Assembly (NCBI GenBank): GCA_963806185.1
Contig: CAWDXE010000005.1
Coordinates: forward strand, 1-64,000
Direction: 5' to 3'
Origin: an uncultured candidate division Zixibacteria bacterium
GTDB taxonomy: Bacteria; Zixibacteria; MSB-5A5; GN15; FEB-12
DNA length: 64,000 nucleotides
A program made the translations under genes and the position numbers. Of the stretch, positions 18,429-29,218 are shown in pieces. The notes under the pieces were generated by a model, which saw only the letters and a list, made by a program, of their open reading frames with translations, searched no databases and had not been told where the DNA came from. Positions within the stretch are counted from its first letter, which is position 1. Every line of letters starts with the position of its first letter.

Positions 18429-20607
18429 CTACAACAACTGATTCGCCTTCCTGATCACCCACTCCGCCGACAAACACCCGATAAACAAAAGCAGCAACCA
18501 CGCCCGCCCCCACAACGCCAACTCACCCTTCACACTCTCTTCCATCGGCGCCAGATTCAACCCCGCCACCGCCTGATCAAACTGCGCAAACGGATAGTAT
18601 GCCCCGCCCGTCTGCCGCGCCACCGACATCAGCGTCGCCGGATCACCCCCCTGATCAATCTCCTCCAGCGAAAACGCCTCGACCAGTATCTTCCCCTCTT
18701 TCTTCGCGAGCATCTGGCCGTTCTTCATGAACACCCCCGTGTACGCATACTCGCCGGGCGCTACGTTTAGAAAATCCGCCCCGAACTTCCCCTCCGCCTG
18801 CTCGTTCAAATCGACCTCGTAACTCTGCGTCTCCCCCGCTCCCGAGCTTTCCAGCTTCACCGATCCGGTCACTCCGGGAATCGGACGAAACCCCTGATCG
18901 TATGCCGCACCGTCGAAATGCACTTCCTCACCCCGGCTGAACACCTCTTTCACCGGCGTAATCCGTATCGGGTCAAAATCATCCTGCACCGTCAGCCAGC
19001 TCACTGTCCCTGATACGAACTTCTCGTAATTCGACGGATCCTCTCCCAGCCCAAGCGTGGCGAATCCCCACGTCCAGTACGGCGTCGCCGCCATCGCGAT
19101 CACCTTCCCCGGCCCCACTCGCTTGTATCCGATCAGCGGAATTTTCTGGTTATCCATCCCGCCCCCCGTCGCATACGCCAGCACCACTGCGCGCGGGTCG
19201 GTAAAATCAGATTTTACGATTGCTTTGAACGGCGGAAGATTCGCCCAGACATCACGGATTTGCAGCCGATCATCCGCCAATCGAATCGTCGGATGAAACA
19301 AATTCGATTCCGTCGGCTCGGCGTGAAATTCCACATAATCCAAATTCCGTTTCATCGACGGATAAAACGGCAGCAATTGCCCCGCCCGCTTCACCGGCGA
19401 ACCGCTCGCGAACTGCTGGCCGTACATCACCCACAGCGCCCCTCCCTTTTCTCCGAGATACGAATTGAGCAGGTCGTAACTCTCTTCCAGCATCTGCTCA
19501 CGGGGATCCTGCAGGATAATCAGGTCATACCGATTCATCTCCGATTGATTCCCCGGCAGCCGCCCGCCCAGATTCCCCGCCTTCGATCCGGTCGCGATAA
19601 ATGTCAAATCGTACTTGTCCGCCTGCCGCAGAAACCTGCTCAAAAATCCTGTCTCATAGTCCGGATGATCCGCCACCAGCAAGATCGCCAGCCGGCTCTT
19701 GAGCACTTTCACCGCCACCGTGCGCGTATTGTTGCCGTTGGTCTCTTCTCCCTCTTGCGGCGGCACCGTTATCGTGAGCATCTTCGGCCCCGGATCAGCC
19801 GGGATATACTTGATCGTCACATCGCCAAACCCGTCGTCCTGCGCTATCGAAAATGGCTGCTGGCCGATTGCGCGACGGGACTCATTGGCCGTCACGCTGA
19901 TCGTTTTCCCCGCCCCGCCGTGCCATCCCACTTTCACCTTGATATCCGTCGGCTGCCCCACAAACAGCACCGGGTTGACATCGACATTGACCACCGCCAC
20001 GTCAAACGCCCCCTGCTCGGCCGCCACATTGACCGCCGTCACCGGCGTTTTCAACGTCCGCGCAACCTCGCTGGCGTTGCGCCCGCTGTTTGATTTTCCG
20101 TCGGTCAATACCAGCCACATATCGGCCGGCGCCGACATCTCCCGCTTCTCCAGATTGGCCAGCGCGTCGCCCAAGGCTGTCCGATCCTGACGAAGATTAT
20201 CCGATGAATTGGAAACGCTGTCGGCGAAATAATAGGTGGAAACGTCCGCTTCGCTCTTCACCCGCGCGAAAGCAGCGGTTGAGAGGAGGGAATCAATTCG
20301 TGCCTGACGGCTCTTTTGCAGTTCTTCCCGCTGCATCGACCCGGACCGGTCGAGAATGACCGATACTCCGTTTCTGACGTTCAAATGACCGCTGGTACCC
20401 GATCACCGGCTCGAACAGCGCCAGAACCAGCGCCAGCACGGCAATGATTCGCAGGGCCATAAGAATACCCCGCAGCCAGGCCGGAAGCGGGGGATTTGTC
20501 CGGATATACAGCCAGACCGCCAGCCCCAGCAGGACAATGAGTGCCAGGGCCACGATGACGGGGTAGCCGGTGAGCAGATCGACGGTGATATTCTTAAGGC
20601 CGAGCAT
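18429..20607 (-). CDS. Membrane-anchored vWA + glutamine-amidotransferase-like protein, with a frameshift near 20384
   Basis: N-terminal TMs (LRIIAVLALVLALFEP), DRSGSM and LTDGKSN vWA motifs, VARQTGG, C-terminal AEWVIRK. Confidence 0.85.
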
Positions 20608-20930
20608 GTTACCGGTTATACTACCTCATTTCCGACCGGACGAAAAGCAATTTGCGGTGGAGTATTCGTTGGCAGGACAAGTAGGTCAGGCTCCCTGCGA
20701 GCCTGACAATGGGTCCCGTCGGTCGGGTTCCTAAGCGCGCCATGACGCGCGGAAAAACCCCCACCACGCGACCATACTCATTGCGAGGACCCTGAGCGGA
20801 GCCGAAGGGGACGAAGCAACCTCAAATCTGCAGCCATCCACCGCACTCTCGAGGTCAGGCTGCTCTCTCGACCAAGAATCGTCGCATTCTGCGTTGTCGA
20901 CTTTCGCCTTCAAAGTCCTGAACCGTCCGC

Positions 20931-20970
20931 AAAAAAAATGCCTCCAGAGGGAAGGACTCTCTGGAGGCGT
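20931..20970 (-). terminator. Intrinsic terminator of the PEP-CTERM gene
   Basis: GCCTCCAGAG..CTCTGGAGGC stem with a T8 tract on the minus strand. Confidence 0.75.
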
Positions 20971-21002
20971 GAAAGGGAGGAGGGTTGGGGGAATCTCTTA
21001 AA

Positions 21003-21323
21003 TTAAGCTTTCTTCTTTCGCATCAGGTAGGCCGCGCCCAGCCCTGCTCCCAAGAGAAGAATAGTCGTCGGCTCCGGTGTGGGACTCGGATCCCCTGGCT
21101 CCTGCGGCGGATTGGCCGGCTCAAAACCAGTAGGCTCGGTTGACTGTGCATTCTGGCTCGACACTCGCGTAGAATCCGGCGCCGGCGTCGGCACGTTAAA
21201 ACCATCGACTTCAACCCAGGTGATAGTCATCACCGCGATGAAGATGAACAGGGCGAATAGCCACTTCCCTGGGCCACTTTTCTCCGCCCGATAAACGATC
21301 GATCTGCTATTCCGATTCTTCAT
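21003..21323 (-). CDS. Small PEP-CTERM sorting-domain protein
   Basis: C-terminal TPEPTTILLLGAGLGAAYLMRKKKA; SD GAGGT. Confidence 0.88.
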   Translation of the reverse strand: MKNRNSRSIVYRAEKSGPGKWLFALFIFIAVMTITWVEVDGFNVPTPAPDSTRVSSQNAQSTEPTGFEPANPPQEPGDPSPTPEPTTILLLGAGLGAAYLMRKKKA

Positions 21324-21352
21324 ATGTCACCTCTTTACCTGAGCACTAATTC

Positions 21353-21368
21353 AGCAATCTCTATGCCC
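21353..21368 (-). promoter_or_regulatory. Putative sigma-54 promoter of the PEP-CTERM gene
   Basis: Minus strand GGGCATAGAGATTGCT fits GG-N10-GC about 30 nt upstream of the ATG. Confidence 0.6.
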
Positions 21369-21552
21369 ACCAGAAATACGCACCAAAGGTTATGCCTCGC
21401 CCTTGCACACACAACTTAAGTCATTGCTAAATAACAAACTATTGACCCCGCCCCATACTTTTCGACCATGCAACCGCTTGCATAACCGTACTACCAATTC
21501 GCTACAAAATGCGGAATCGGGGCCCTTTATAAAGAGCACCAACGGAGCCGAC

Positions 21553-23067
21553 ATGACCTCAAACCTTGGAAAATCGACCGCCGACTTGACTCAACCAACT
21601 ACCCTTCCCGACCAAAGTCTGGTCGAACTACTCAATCAGACCATAACCCCCGACAAGCCGCTGACCGCCGATGATATCTACATCCGCTCGCTGTTCGTCA
21701 CCTCGACCGCCGTCAACGCGTACGGCGGACGGTTCTCGGTTGATGATCTGCCCCACCTTTGCGATCTGTTGATTGATTCCCCCGTTCTGATCGGTCACCG
21801 CAAAGACTCTCTCCCCGTCGCCCGCGTCTTCCACGCCGAAATCGTGACGCGCGACAACGCCCCTTGGCTGCACGCCTGTTTCTACTGGCTTAAAAGTGTC
21901 GATGGCTCTGCCACCCTGCGTGACAACATCGACGGCGGCGTGTACAAGGAATGCTCGCTGAGTTTTACGTACCAGCACCCCGAATGCTCGATCTGCGGCA
22001 AGGATATCCGGCTCTGCCGCCACGAACCGTTTGTCGAGTATCCCACCGCCCGCGGCCGCGAGACATGCCACTTCCTCTACCGCCAGGTCGAGAAAGTCCT
22101 CGAAACGTCACTCGTCTATCGTGGCGCCGTTGAGAACACCAAAGTCGGATCGTTGTCCAGCGTTTCCACCGATGCTCCGCTCGACCTCACCTCCCGCCCA
22201 AGTCTTCCCGATGCCACCTTGCTGGCCGACGACTGCCGGTATCTCGTCACGCCCGCCTACGACGGTATCCCCGTGACCCTCACGCAGAGCCCTCAGCAAC
22301 TGTCGATGCACTCGCTCTCCGACGACACTCTCCCCGACAACCTGGCCGCTCAATTCAGCGCCACCAACATCTCCGGACTCAACGGCCACTTTGGTGTCCT
22401 GGTCGGCTATCGCGGCAAGGAACGGTGCAGCCTCGACGACCTGCGAAAATATCTTCTCTGTTCCTCCCGCCCCGTCACCCGCCTCGTTGTGCACCTCTTT
22501 CCGCACCCGGCGATCCGTCTTCCCCTCCCGCCCCATCCTTCATCCACGCACAGCATCCGCCCCATTCCCTTCCGGATCGCCGGGGCGAAAGAACTGGTTA
22601 CGCTCGCCTGGCGCATGCGAAGTACTCACGGCGTCGACCTTTGGCCGCTCGATCAACTCCCGCCGTTCCATCTCGGCTGGCGCTTCGACCCGGCCTCCGG
22701 GAAACATCACCGCAGCCCCCAGTACACGTTGACTCGTCTGCCCGAGCGCAACCTGGCTCTGCTCACGCTCGACTCCACGTCCGAACGTCGCCGTTTCCTC
22801 GTTCATCAATTCGATCCTCGCGGCCTCCTGCGCGGTTGTCGCTACATTGCCGATCCGGCCGGAGATGATCTTCTCACGCTGTTTTCATCCGATGACGCTT
22901 CGCCCGCTGCCAATGTATCGCGTCACACTGGCGATCTGTCTGCTCTGGCGCCGCGCGGAGAAGGTTTCACGTTTACTTCCGGAGGAATCTTGCGCGGCTC
23001 ATTTGTCATTCGTCCTGTTCGTCTCGACGGCCGCACCCGCTTCCTCTTCTACCGCAGGCGCGAATGA
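21553..23067 (+). CDS. Phage prohead/maturation protease-like protein with long C-terminal extension
   Basis: VLIGH..PVARVF, IDGGVYKECSLSF, CSICG..C.H, ETSLVYRGA motifs typical of HK97-type prohead proteases; SD GGAG. Confidence 0.78.
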   Translation: MTSNLGKSTADLTQPTTLPDQSLVELLNQTITPDKPLTADDIYIRSLFVTSTAVNAYGGRFSVDDLPHLCDLLIDSPVLIGHRKDSLPVARVFHAEIVTRDNAPWLHACFYWLKSVDGSATLRDNIDGGVYKECSLSFTYQHPECSICGKDIRLCRHEPFVEYPTARGRETCHFLYRQVEKVLETSLVYRGAVENTKVGSLSSVSTDAPLDLTSRPSLPDATLLADDCRYLVTPAYDGIPVTLTQSPQQLSMHSLSDDTLPDNLAAQFSATNISGLNGHFGVLVGYRGKERCSLDDLRKYLLCSSRPVTRLVVHLFPHPAIRLPLPPHPSSTHSIRPIPFRIAGAKELVTLAWRMRSTHGVDLWPLDQLPPFHLGWRFDPASGKHHRSPQYTLTRLPERNLALLTLDSTSERRRFLVHQFDPRGLLRGCRYIADPAGDDLLTLFSSDDASPAANVSRHTGDLSALAPRGEGFTFTSGGILRGSFVIRPVRLDGRTRFLFYRRRE

Positions 23068-23510
23068 CACCGTTCCCGCTTGCGTCCACCCCACCCTCGT
23101 CATCCTGAAGCCGCTCCCAAATTGTCATGCTGAACCCGCTCCTCATAGTAGGTCGGGTTCCGGAGCAAGCCCTGCTTGCGGAGAAACCCGACAACATGGC
23201 TGAGGCCGCCTCTGAATCGTCATCCTGAAGCCGCTTCCGAGCGGCCTTCAGGATCTCAGTGTCCACCGCATTCACCCTCGCCTCTTCACACCGTCGCACT
23301 GAGCGAAGTCGAAGGGCAACGCCAATCGTGTCTCGACCACGCTTCAATACTCATTGCGAGGAGTGCAGCGACGAAGCAACCTCAAATCTACAAACATCCA
23401 CCGCACTCTCGACGTCAAGCCGCTTCCTCAATGATGATATCACCGCCCCGAGCGCACCGCTCCGTCGAAGGGCAACGCCAATGCCACCATCACACCCAAA
23501 GCAACACCAC

Positions 23511-23849
23511 ATGCCATCCGACACCCTCGTTCACAAAAACCGCCGCTCGTCCGCCGATCCTCCCTTTCGGATCTCCGGACAATTCATCAATATCCTGTCC
23601 GTTGTACTCGGCGCCGTGGCCGCCTATTTCATGACCATCCAATCCCTCAAAGTTGAATTGGCCGCCAAAGCCGAATCGGCCGTTGTCAGCACACTTGACA
23701 AGCGCCTCGGTTCATTCGAGGTGTACTTAAAGGAAGGCGTCGTGACCCGCGAGCAATTCTACCAGTTCTCCACCAACATCGATCACCGCCTCACTCGCAT
23801 CGAAAACCTGCTCGAACAAAATTCCGGAGCCACCCGTGACCACCGTTAA
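23511..23849 (+). CDS. Small single-TM coiled-coil protein (phage XhlA/holin-like architecture)
   Basis: One TM then a coiled coil ending RLTRIENLL; overlaps the next gene. Confidence 0.6.
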   Translation: MPSDTLVHKNRRSSADPPFRISGQFINILSVVLGAVAAYFMTIQSLKVELAAKAESAVVSTLDKRLGSFEVYLKEGVVTREQFYQFSTNIDHRLTRIENLLEQNSGATRDHR

Positions 23850-24249
23850 TGATTCTCTTTCTTTCCTTGCCGAACTCCGCGCCTCGCTCACTGACGGCAA
23901 TCTGCCGACCATCGATTTCGATCGCCTCACTTCCCGCCTGGCCGATCTCTCCGCTATGCTGGAGCGTTCACTGATTGTCGAACTGGAACTGCAGCACCTG
24001 CGCGACGACTACCTTGCCCGCATCATTGGCATGGCCAAAGCTATCGCCGCCGCTCGTTCCGCACCGGACGCCTACCCGCAAGTTGCCGAATTCATCGATT
24101 CCCTCTCCACCTTCACGGCCGAACAACTTACCGACACTTACCGCCGCGTCTCCGCCCGCTTTCGCGACACCTTTCCAACGTCTTATGGGCAATTCTTCGA
24201 TCATCACCACCAACCTGTGGGGACCAGCCGCCCCGGCCGCGTGGGATGA
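23836..24249 (+). CDS. Helical protein, putative capsid scaffold
   Basis: All-alpha pattern; lies between the protease and the decoration/capsid genes. Confidence 0.5.
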   Translation: MTTVNDSLSFLAELRASLTDGNLPTIDFDRLTSRLADLSAMLERSLIVELELQHLRDDYLARIIGMAKAIAAARSAPDAYPQVAEFIDSLSTFTAEQLTDTYRRVSARFRDTFPTSYGQFFDHHHQPVGTSRPGRVG

Positions 24250-24281
24250 CCATCCCGGCCACTCTTCACTCTGGAGAACCA

Positions 24282-24707
24282 ATGACCATTCGCGATCACA
24301 ACCTCGACTCGGTCGCCCCGATTCTGGCGACCTTCAAAATCAAACAGACCACGCCCGGCACCGACGATCTCAAGGACGCCAACCTCGGCCAGGCCGTCAA
24401 ACTCACCGCCAACAACGAAATCGGCCCGATCGGCGCCGGCGATCAACTTCTGGGTAAACTGATTGCCCTCACCTTGCGCGACGGTGACGATGGTTCCCGT
24501 CTCGCCACCGTACAAGTCGCGGGCATCTGCCGTTTACCCGTGTCATCGACCGTCCCATCTGTGGGCAACCGCGTCATCGGCGGCACCACCGGCACTGTGA
24601 AGCAGGCAACGGCCCTTACCGGTTACGATCCGGTTGGCGGCGCAACATCCCGCGGCACCGTCCTCGCCGTCAACGGCACCACCGACTGTATCATTCTGCT
24701 CAACTAA
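24282..24707 (+). CDS. Putative capsid decoration/cement protein
   Basis: GQAVKLTANNEIG..GDQLLGKL..ATVQVAG beta-rich pattern; immediately upstream of the capsid gene; SD GGAG. Confidence 0.6.
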   Translation: MTIRDHNLDSVAPILATFKIKQTTPGTDDLKDANLGQAVKLTANNEIGPIGAGDQLLGKLIALTLRDGDDGSRLATVQVAGICRLPVSSTVPSVGNRVIGGTTGTVKQATALTGYDPVGGATSRGTVLAVNGTTDCIILLN

Positions 24708-25083
24708 TGTCTGCCGCCTCGGAATTTCTGCCACCCTTGAACATCTTCCACTCTTCAATATCTGCTGCCGTCGAATTGTCATCCTGAAGCCGCTTCTTAG
24801 CGCGCTTCAGGCATCTCAGTGTCTTCGGCACTCCCGATCACCTCACACTACTCATTGCGAGGACCCTGAGCGGAGCCGAAGGGGACGAAGCAACCTCAAA
24901 TCTGCATTCGTCCACCACGCTCTCGACGTCAGAACCGTCGCACTGAGCGAAGTCGAAGTGTTCCGAATCGACTAATGCGTGGCGTACGTCCCGTGCGCCA
25001 CGCCCTTGTTCCGTCAGACCATCTACTTGTTCCAACGGCACCTGATCTGACACCATCCATCACATAAACCAATAAGGACCCCC

Positions 25084-26184
25084 ATGGACCTCCACCAATT
25101 CTATACCACTTTCGGCGCCCCTCATCTCTCCATCGAGAATACTCGTCACTCCTCCGGCCCCGTCGATCTCTCCACCGCCGCTACTCTCGATATCACCCGC
25201 GACCTTTATCTCGAGGCTCAGTCGCGCGGCATGACCCTTTCCGAACTGCTCGAATGCGACGAATACGATCCCTCTCCGCAGGGTGCTTCCGTTGACGCCT
25301 TCGAACGCCAGCTCGCCCTCGCCGGCATCCGCTTCGACGGTCGCACGCCGACCACCGTCGAACAGTTCTTCCAGAAAGCACCGACCCTGCTGCCCGAATT
25401 CATGTCACGCGAAATCAAACGCGGCCAGTCCATGCGACCGGAACTTTCGCGCCTCATCGCCAACTCCACGACCGTCGCCGGCAATCGCTACGTCCCCTTC
25501 TTCATCGACACCTCGTCCGACGCCAAATTCTCTCTTCGTCCGATTGGCGACGGCGCCAACGTGCCTGAACTGCTGGTCACCGAGCAAACTCACGCCGTCA
25601 AGGTCCAGGACTACGGCCTCGCTCTCAAGGCCTCCTATCGCGCCCTTCGTTACCGCACCAGCTCCCAGTTTCGCGTCCTGCTCTGGTACATCGGGTTCAA
25701 GATGCAGACCGACAAAATCGGCATGATCGTCAACACCATCATCAACGGCGACGGCAACAGCAACGCCGCATCCATCATCAACGCCGCCACCTCCGGCACG
25801 CTCGTCTACAACGACTTGATCACGCTGTGGGCCAAATTCCCGCCCTTTGAATTGAATACGATCATCTGTCACGTCAACACGATGAAAACGATTCTCGGTC
25901 TGAATGAATTCAAAGACCCGATGGCCGGGTACCGCTTCCAGAAATCGGGTGAACTCTTCTCGCCTCTGGGAGCCGCGTTGGTCCGCTCCGACGAAGTCCC
26001 TTCCGACTATGTCATCGGTCTCGACTCCCGCTTCGCCGTCGAGGAGGTCATCACGCAGCCGCTCACGGTGGAATACGACAAGGTGATCGAGCAACGCTTC
26101 GAAGAAGCCGTCATCACCGAATCCGTCACTTACGCCAAGGTGATCAAGGAAGCCGCCTTCATCCTCGACACCGTCTTCGCATAA
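25084..26184 (+). CDS. Major capsid protein (HK97-fold type)
   Basis: 366 aa; DAFERQL..VEQFF..LLPEFMSREI, IGDGANVPE, YGLALKASY, IINGDGNSNAA, LDSRFAVE; position after protease and decoration genes. Confidence 0.82.
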   Translation: MDLHQFYTTFGAPHLSIENTRHSSGPVDLSTAATLDITRDLYLEAQSRGMTLSELLECDEYDPSPQGASVDAFERQLALAGIRFDGRTPTTVEQFFQKAPTLLPEFMSREIKRGQSMRPELSRLIANSTTVAGNRYVPFFIDTSSDAKFSLRPIGDGANVPELLVTEQTHAVKVQDYGLALKASYRALRYRTSSQFRVLLWYIGFKMQTDKIGMIVNTIINGDGNSNAASIINAATSGTLVYNDLITLWAKFPPFELNTIICHVNTMKTILGLNEFKDPMAGYRFQKSGELFSPLGAALVRSDEVPSDYVIGLDSRFAVEEVITQPLTVEYDKVIEQRFEEAVITESVTYAKVIKEAAFILDTVFA

Positions 26185-26601
26185 ACGCTTGTGCCGTCAG
26201 GCCCCGCGCCTGACGGCAACTATTCTGTGCGTGGCGTACGTCCCGTGCGCCACGCTTCGCTCCCCCTCGTCATCCTGAATCATTCGCCCCGCATTCGTCA
26301 TCCTGAATCATTCGCCCCGCATTCGTCATCCTGAATCATTCTTATGATTCAGGACCTCAGTGTCCACTGCCACACAATGTTGCATCACACGCCGCGTCGC
26401 ACTACCCCTCCCCACCGTCGCACCGACCCTCCCCTCCGTCGCACCGGCCCTCCCCTCCGTCGCACTGAGCGAAGTCGAAGTGCGACCCCAATGAACGCCA
26501 CTCTTCTCTTCCCACTCTCCCTCTTGGAGAGGCCTGGGGCGAGGGCCCGTAAGACAAAAACCCGACGACGCTTCCCGTTCACTTCCCAACTCCCAACCCC
26601 T

Positions 26602-28017
26602 ATGAACCTCTCCCTCACAGCCGCCACCGCCATCTCACCCCTCGGTGATTCCACCCACCACCGCCTTCTGCGTCTCGAATCCGGACCCTGCGCGAAGCGG
26701 TTGGTTGCCCTTCTTCACACGTCACCCAACACTCTCTCGCTCATCTTCGCGGATTACCCTTACGCGGCCAAGTCTGCACCCCTGACTGTCGCCACCGACT
26801 CCGCCGATACTCCGTTCGACTGCTGCATTGATGCTTCCGGAAACATCACTGTCATCTACGTTGAGCAATCGACTTTCAACCTCGTCTCCCGACGACTCAC
26901 TTTCACTGGCAGCACCTGGTCCATTGGTGAGAAAGTTGCCGCCTGCGACCTCGGCCAGTGCTATTCTCCTTCCGTCGCCCTCGAGCCGTCGGGCAAACTC
27001 TGGGTCGCCTTCACCCGCTACTCTGCACCCAATCGCACCTGTTACGTTAAATCCTCAACCGACTCCGGCGCCACTTGGGGCACTGGGCCATCCGATGGCG
27101 GCGAGGCTGTCTCCGATGCGGCCATGTTCCTCAGCGCGCGCCTGCTCTGCGGATCAAACGATCTGTTGCTCCTCCTCGCTTACGGCGGTATTCGCCTCAC
27201 CTCCCGCACTCGTGCGATAAATGGCTCTTCGTGGTCAGCCGAGACTCAACTCGCCGCCTCCAGCAACCTCTCCACTCATTTTGACGCCACCCTCTCCCCT
27301 TCCGGCGCTGTCGGTCTCGCCTTTCTCGAAGCCGCTCAACTCCGCTACCGTCAGTTCGACGGCGTTACCTGGAGTCCCGCTGTCACAGTCGCCGAAACTG
27401 CCCTCTCTGCACAGATGCTGTTTCGAGACGAAACGCCGGTGATCATCTTCCTCGCCGGCTTCGAGGCTGCGCAGACACAACTCAATTACGTCTATCGCTC
27501 CGGATCCGCCTTCACCACACCTGCACCCCTCGATTTGCGCCGCCGGACTTTCGACAGCGTCATTCTCTACGATCACGTTTCCGCTTCGCACGCCGACCTC
27601 ACTGTCGCCGCCGCGAGCGCCGACACCGCCGATGTTTACCACCCGGCCACTTTCGGCCTGGTCAAGTCCGTGGGCGACTGTCTCTACCTCGGCCTCGATC
27701 GTCCCTTCCGCTATGTGCAGATGAATCTCTTCGCACCCGGCGTCGGCGGAACGGTCACCTATCGTTATTGGGACGGCTCCTCGTGGGTCTCCTTCACTCC
27801 CGCAAGCGGCGCCTCGCATCTCACGAGTGAAATCGTTCGCATCGTGCTTTGGGACGACTACGCTTCCATCCCGCTCGCCTGGCAGAAATCATCCGTCGGC
27901 TCGCATACCTGCTTCTGGCTCCGGATCGACGTTACCTCATCCTATGCTGCCGCTCCGGTCGCTTCACGAATTGCCGGCCTCTCCGAATCGTCCTCTGTAT
28001 CTTGTGTGAGGAATTGA
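26602..28017 (+). CDS. BNR/Asp-box beta-propeller + beta-sandwich protein, putative particle surface protein
   Basis: SSTDSGATW Asp-box, repeated DGxxWS motifs, YRYWDGSSW and CFWLRI. Confidence 0.65.
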   Translation: MNLSLTAATAISPLGDSTHHRLLRLESGPCAKRLVALLHTSPNTLSLIFADYPYAAKSAPLTVATDSADTPFDCCIDASGNITVIYVEQSTFNLVSRRLTFTGSTWSIGEKVAACDLGQCYSPSVALEPSGKLWVAFTRYSAPNRTCYVKSSTDSGATWGTGPSDGGEAVSDAAMFLSARLLCGSNDLLLLLAYGGIRLTSRTRAINGSSWSAETQLAASSNLSTHFDATLSPSGAVGLAFLEAAQLRYRQFDGVTWSPAVTVAETALSAQMLFRDETPVIIFLAGFEAAQTQLNYVYRSGSAFTTPAPLDLRRRTFDSVILYDHVSASHADLTVAAASADTADVYHPATFGLVKSVGDCLYLGLDRPFRYVQMNLFAPGVGGTVTYRYWDGSSWVSFTPASGASHLTSEIVRIVLWDDYASIPLAWQKSSVGSHTCFWLRIDVTSSYAAAPVASRIAGLSESSSVSCVRN

Positions 28018-28019
28018 TC

Positions 28020-28832
28020 ATGCCCTACACCACTCCCGATCTCATTCGCCGTCATCTCATCTCCACCTATCCGCTGCAATCGCGCGTCACCGATCACTCT
28101 CTTGTAGTCCCCGATTCCGACTGGGTCATCTTCTGGGGCGGCGCGGTCGATGCTTCCACCTGCACCGTCAAGGCACTTCGCACCGCCACCCTCACTCGCG
28201 TCGCCGTCACGCTCAACGCCACCGCCACAACCTTCGCGGCATCCCCCGTCGTTCGCGGCTCAGTCACCGTCGCGTCCGATTCATCGCTCGGCACAATCTT
28301 CACCGAATCAGTCGATTTCATCATCGATTACGAACAGGGCACCATCTCTCCAGCCTCGTCCGGCGCCCTCTTGCCCGGTCAGGCTGTCACCCTCTGGTAC
28401 CTGCCGTACACTGTCCTCACCCTCGGCATCGATTTCGATCTTGATGATGCTCACGGCCGCCTCCGCCGCCACCTGGGCGGTTCTCTTGTATCCGGCGCGA
28501 CGATCCATGTCGATTTCACCCCCATCTTTGCCGGCGTCGACGACGACATGGCTGCCTCTGCCGCCGGAACAGCCAACGCCCTGATTGAATGCGAGGTCGA
28601 CCCCACTCGCCAGTTCGAAGCCGACCCGATTCTCGGTCTTGCCGCGACTTTCCGCGCTCTGGAACTGCTCTGCCGAACCGCCGCCGCCCGGGAGCTCTCC
28701 TCGCTTCGCGGTCAGGACAAAGTCGCCACTGTCTGGTTGAAACTCGCCGACGACTACGCCGCCCGCTCTTCCACCCTCATTGCCAACTTCCGCGCCCCGA
28801 TCACCTCCCCGCACTCTCCGCGCCTCTCCTAA
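28020..28832 (+). CDS. Head-connector/adaptor-like protein with inserted beta domains
   Basis: MPYTTPDLIR N-terminus and helical C-terminus as in gp6/gp36-like adaptors; two DFxxDxxxGxI/L repeats in the middle. Confidence 0.55.
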   Translation: MPYTTPDLIRRHLISTYPLQSRVTDHSLVVPDSDWVIFWGGAVDASTCTVKALRTATLTRVAVTLNATATTFAASPVVRGSVTVASDSSLGTIFTESVDFIIDYEQGTISPASSGALLPGQAVTLWYLPYTVLTLGIDFDLDDAHGRLRRHLGGSLVSGATIHVDFTPIFAGVDDDMAASAAGTANALIECEVDPTRQFEADPILGLAATFRALELLCRTAAARELSSLRGQDKVATVWLKLADDYAARSSTLIANFRAPITSPHSPRLS

Positions 28833-28852
28833 CAGCTTTGCCCGAGGTTCCC

Positions 28853-29218
28853 ATGTATCCCCATCCCACTCACCGCCGCGTCTGGTTCGTCTCCGATTTC
28901 TCCGTCTACGGACTCCCCGGCCTCGGCCAGACCGACTATCTCATCACTGAAACCGTCGACCCCACCACCACCGTCTTCCTCGGTTCGAGCGACCTCGCCG
29001 GCGCCCGCCAGGACGTTTTGTTCGCTAATCTCGTTGACCACCGTGGTAATCACCTTCCCGCCCACATCGATTCCCCTCGCGTCATCCCCCGCCCCAAACA
29101 GACTGTCCCCGTTTTTGTGGTCGGACGGGAATCCGATGACCGCTTCACCATCGCTCACGATTCCTCCGTCAACACCGCCGTACCTGCCGATCTGGTCATC
29201 GTTGAAATGGGTTCCTGA
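28853..29218 (+). CDS. Hypothetical protein (capsid cluster)
   Basis: SD GAGG, host-like codon usage, stop overlaps next start. Confidence 0.65.
   Translation: MYPHPTHRRVWFVSDFSVYGLPGLGQTDYLITETVDPTTTVFLGSSDLAGARQDVLFANLVDHRGNHLPAHIDSPRVIPRPKQTVPVFVVGRESDDRFTIAHDSSVNTAVPADLVIVEMGS

Noticed and set aside
10842..20607. Programmed frameshifting or pseudogenes in the saccharopine dehydrogenase and vWA genes
   Set aside because: No slippery heptamer is evident, both halves are well conserved, and similar indels in groEL point to sequencing error
26268..26465. 28-bp and ~21-bp short tandem repeats as iterons or a mini-CRISPR
   Set aside because: They are slippage duplications of REP arms (GTCATCCTGAATC, CCGTCGCAC)
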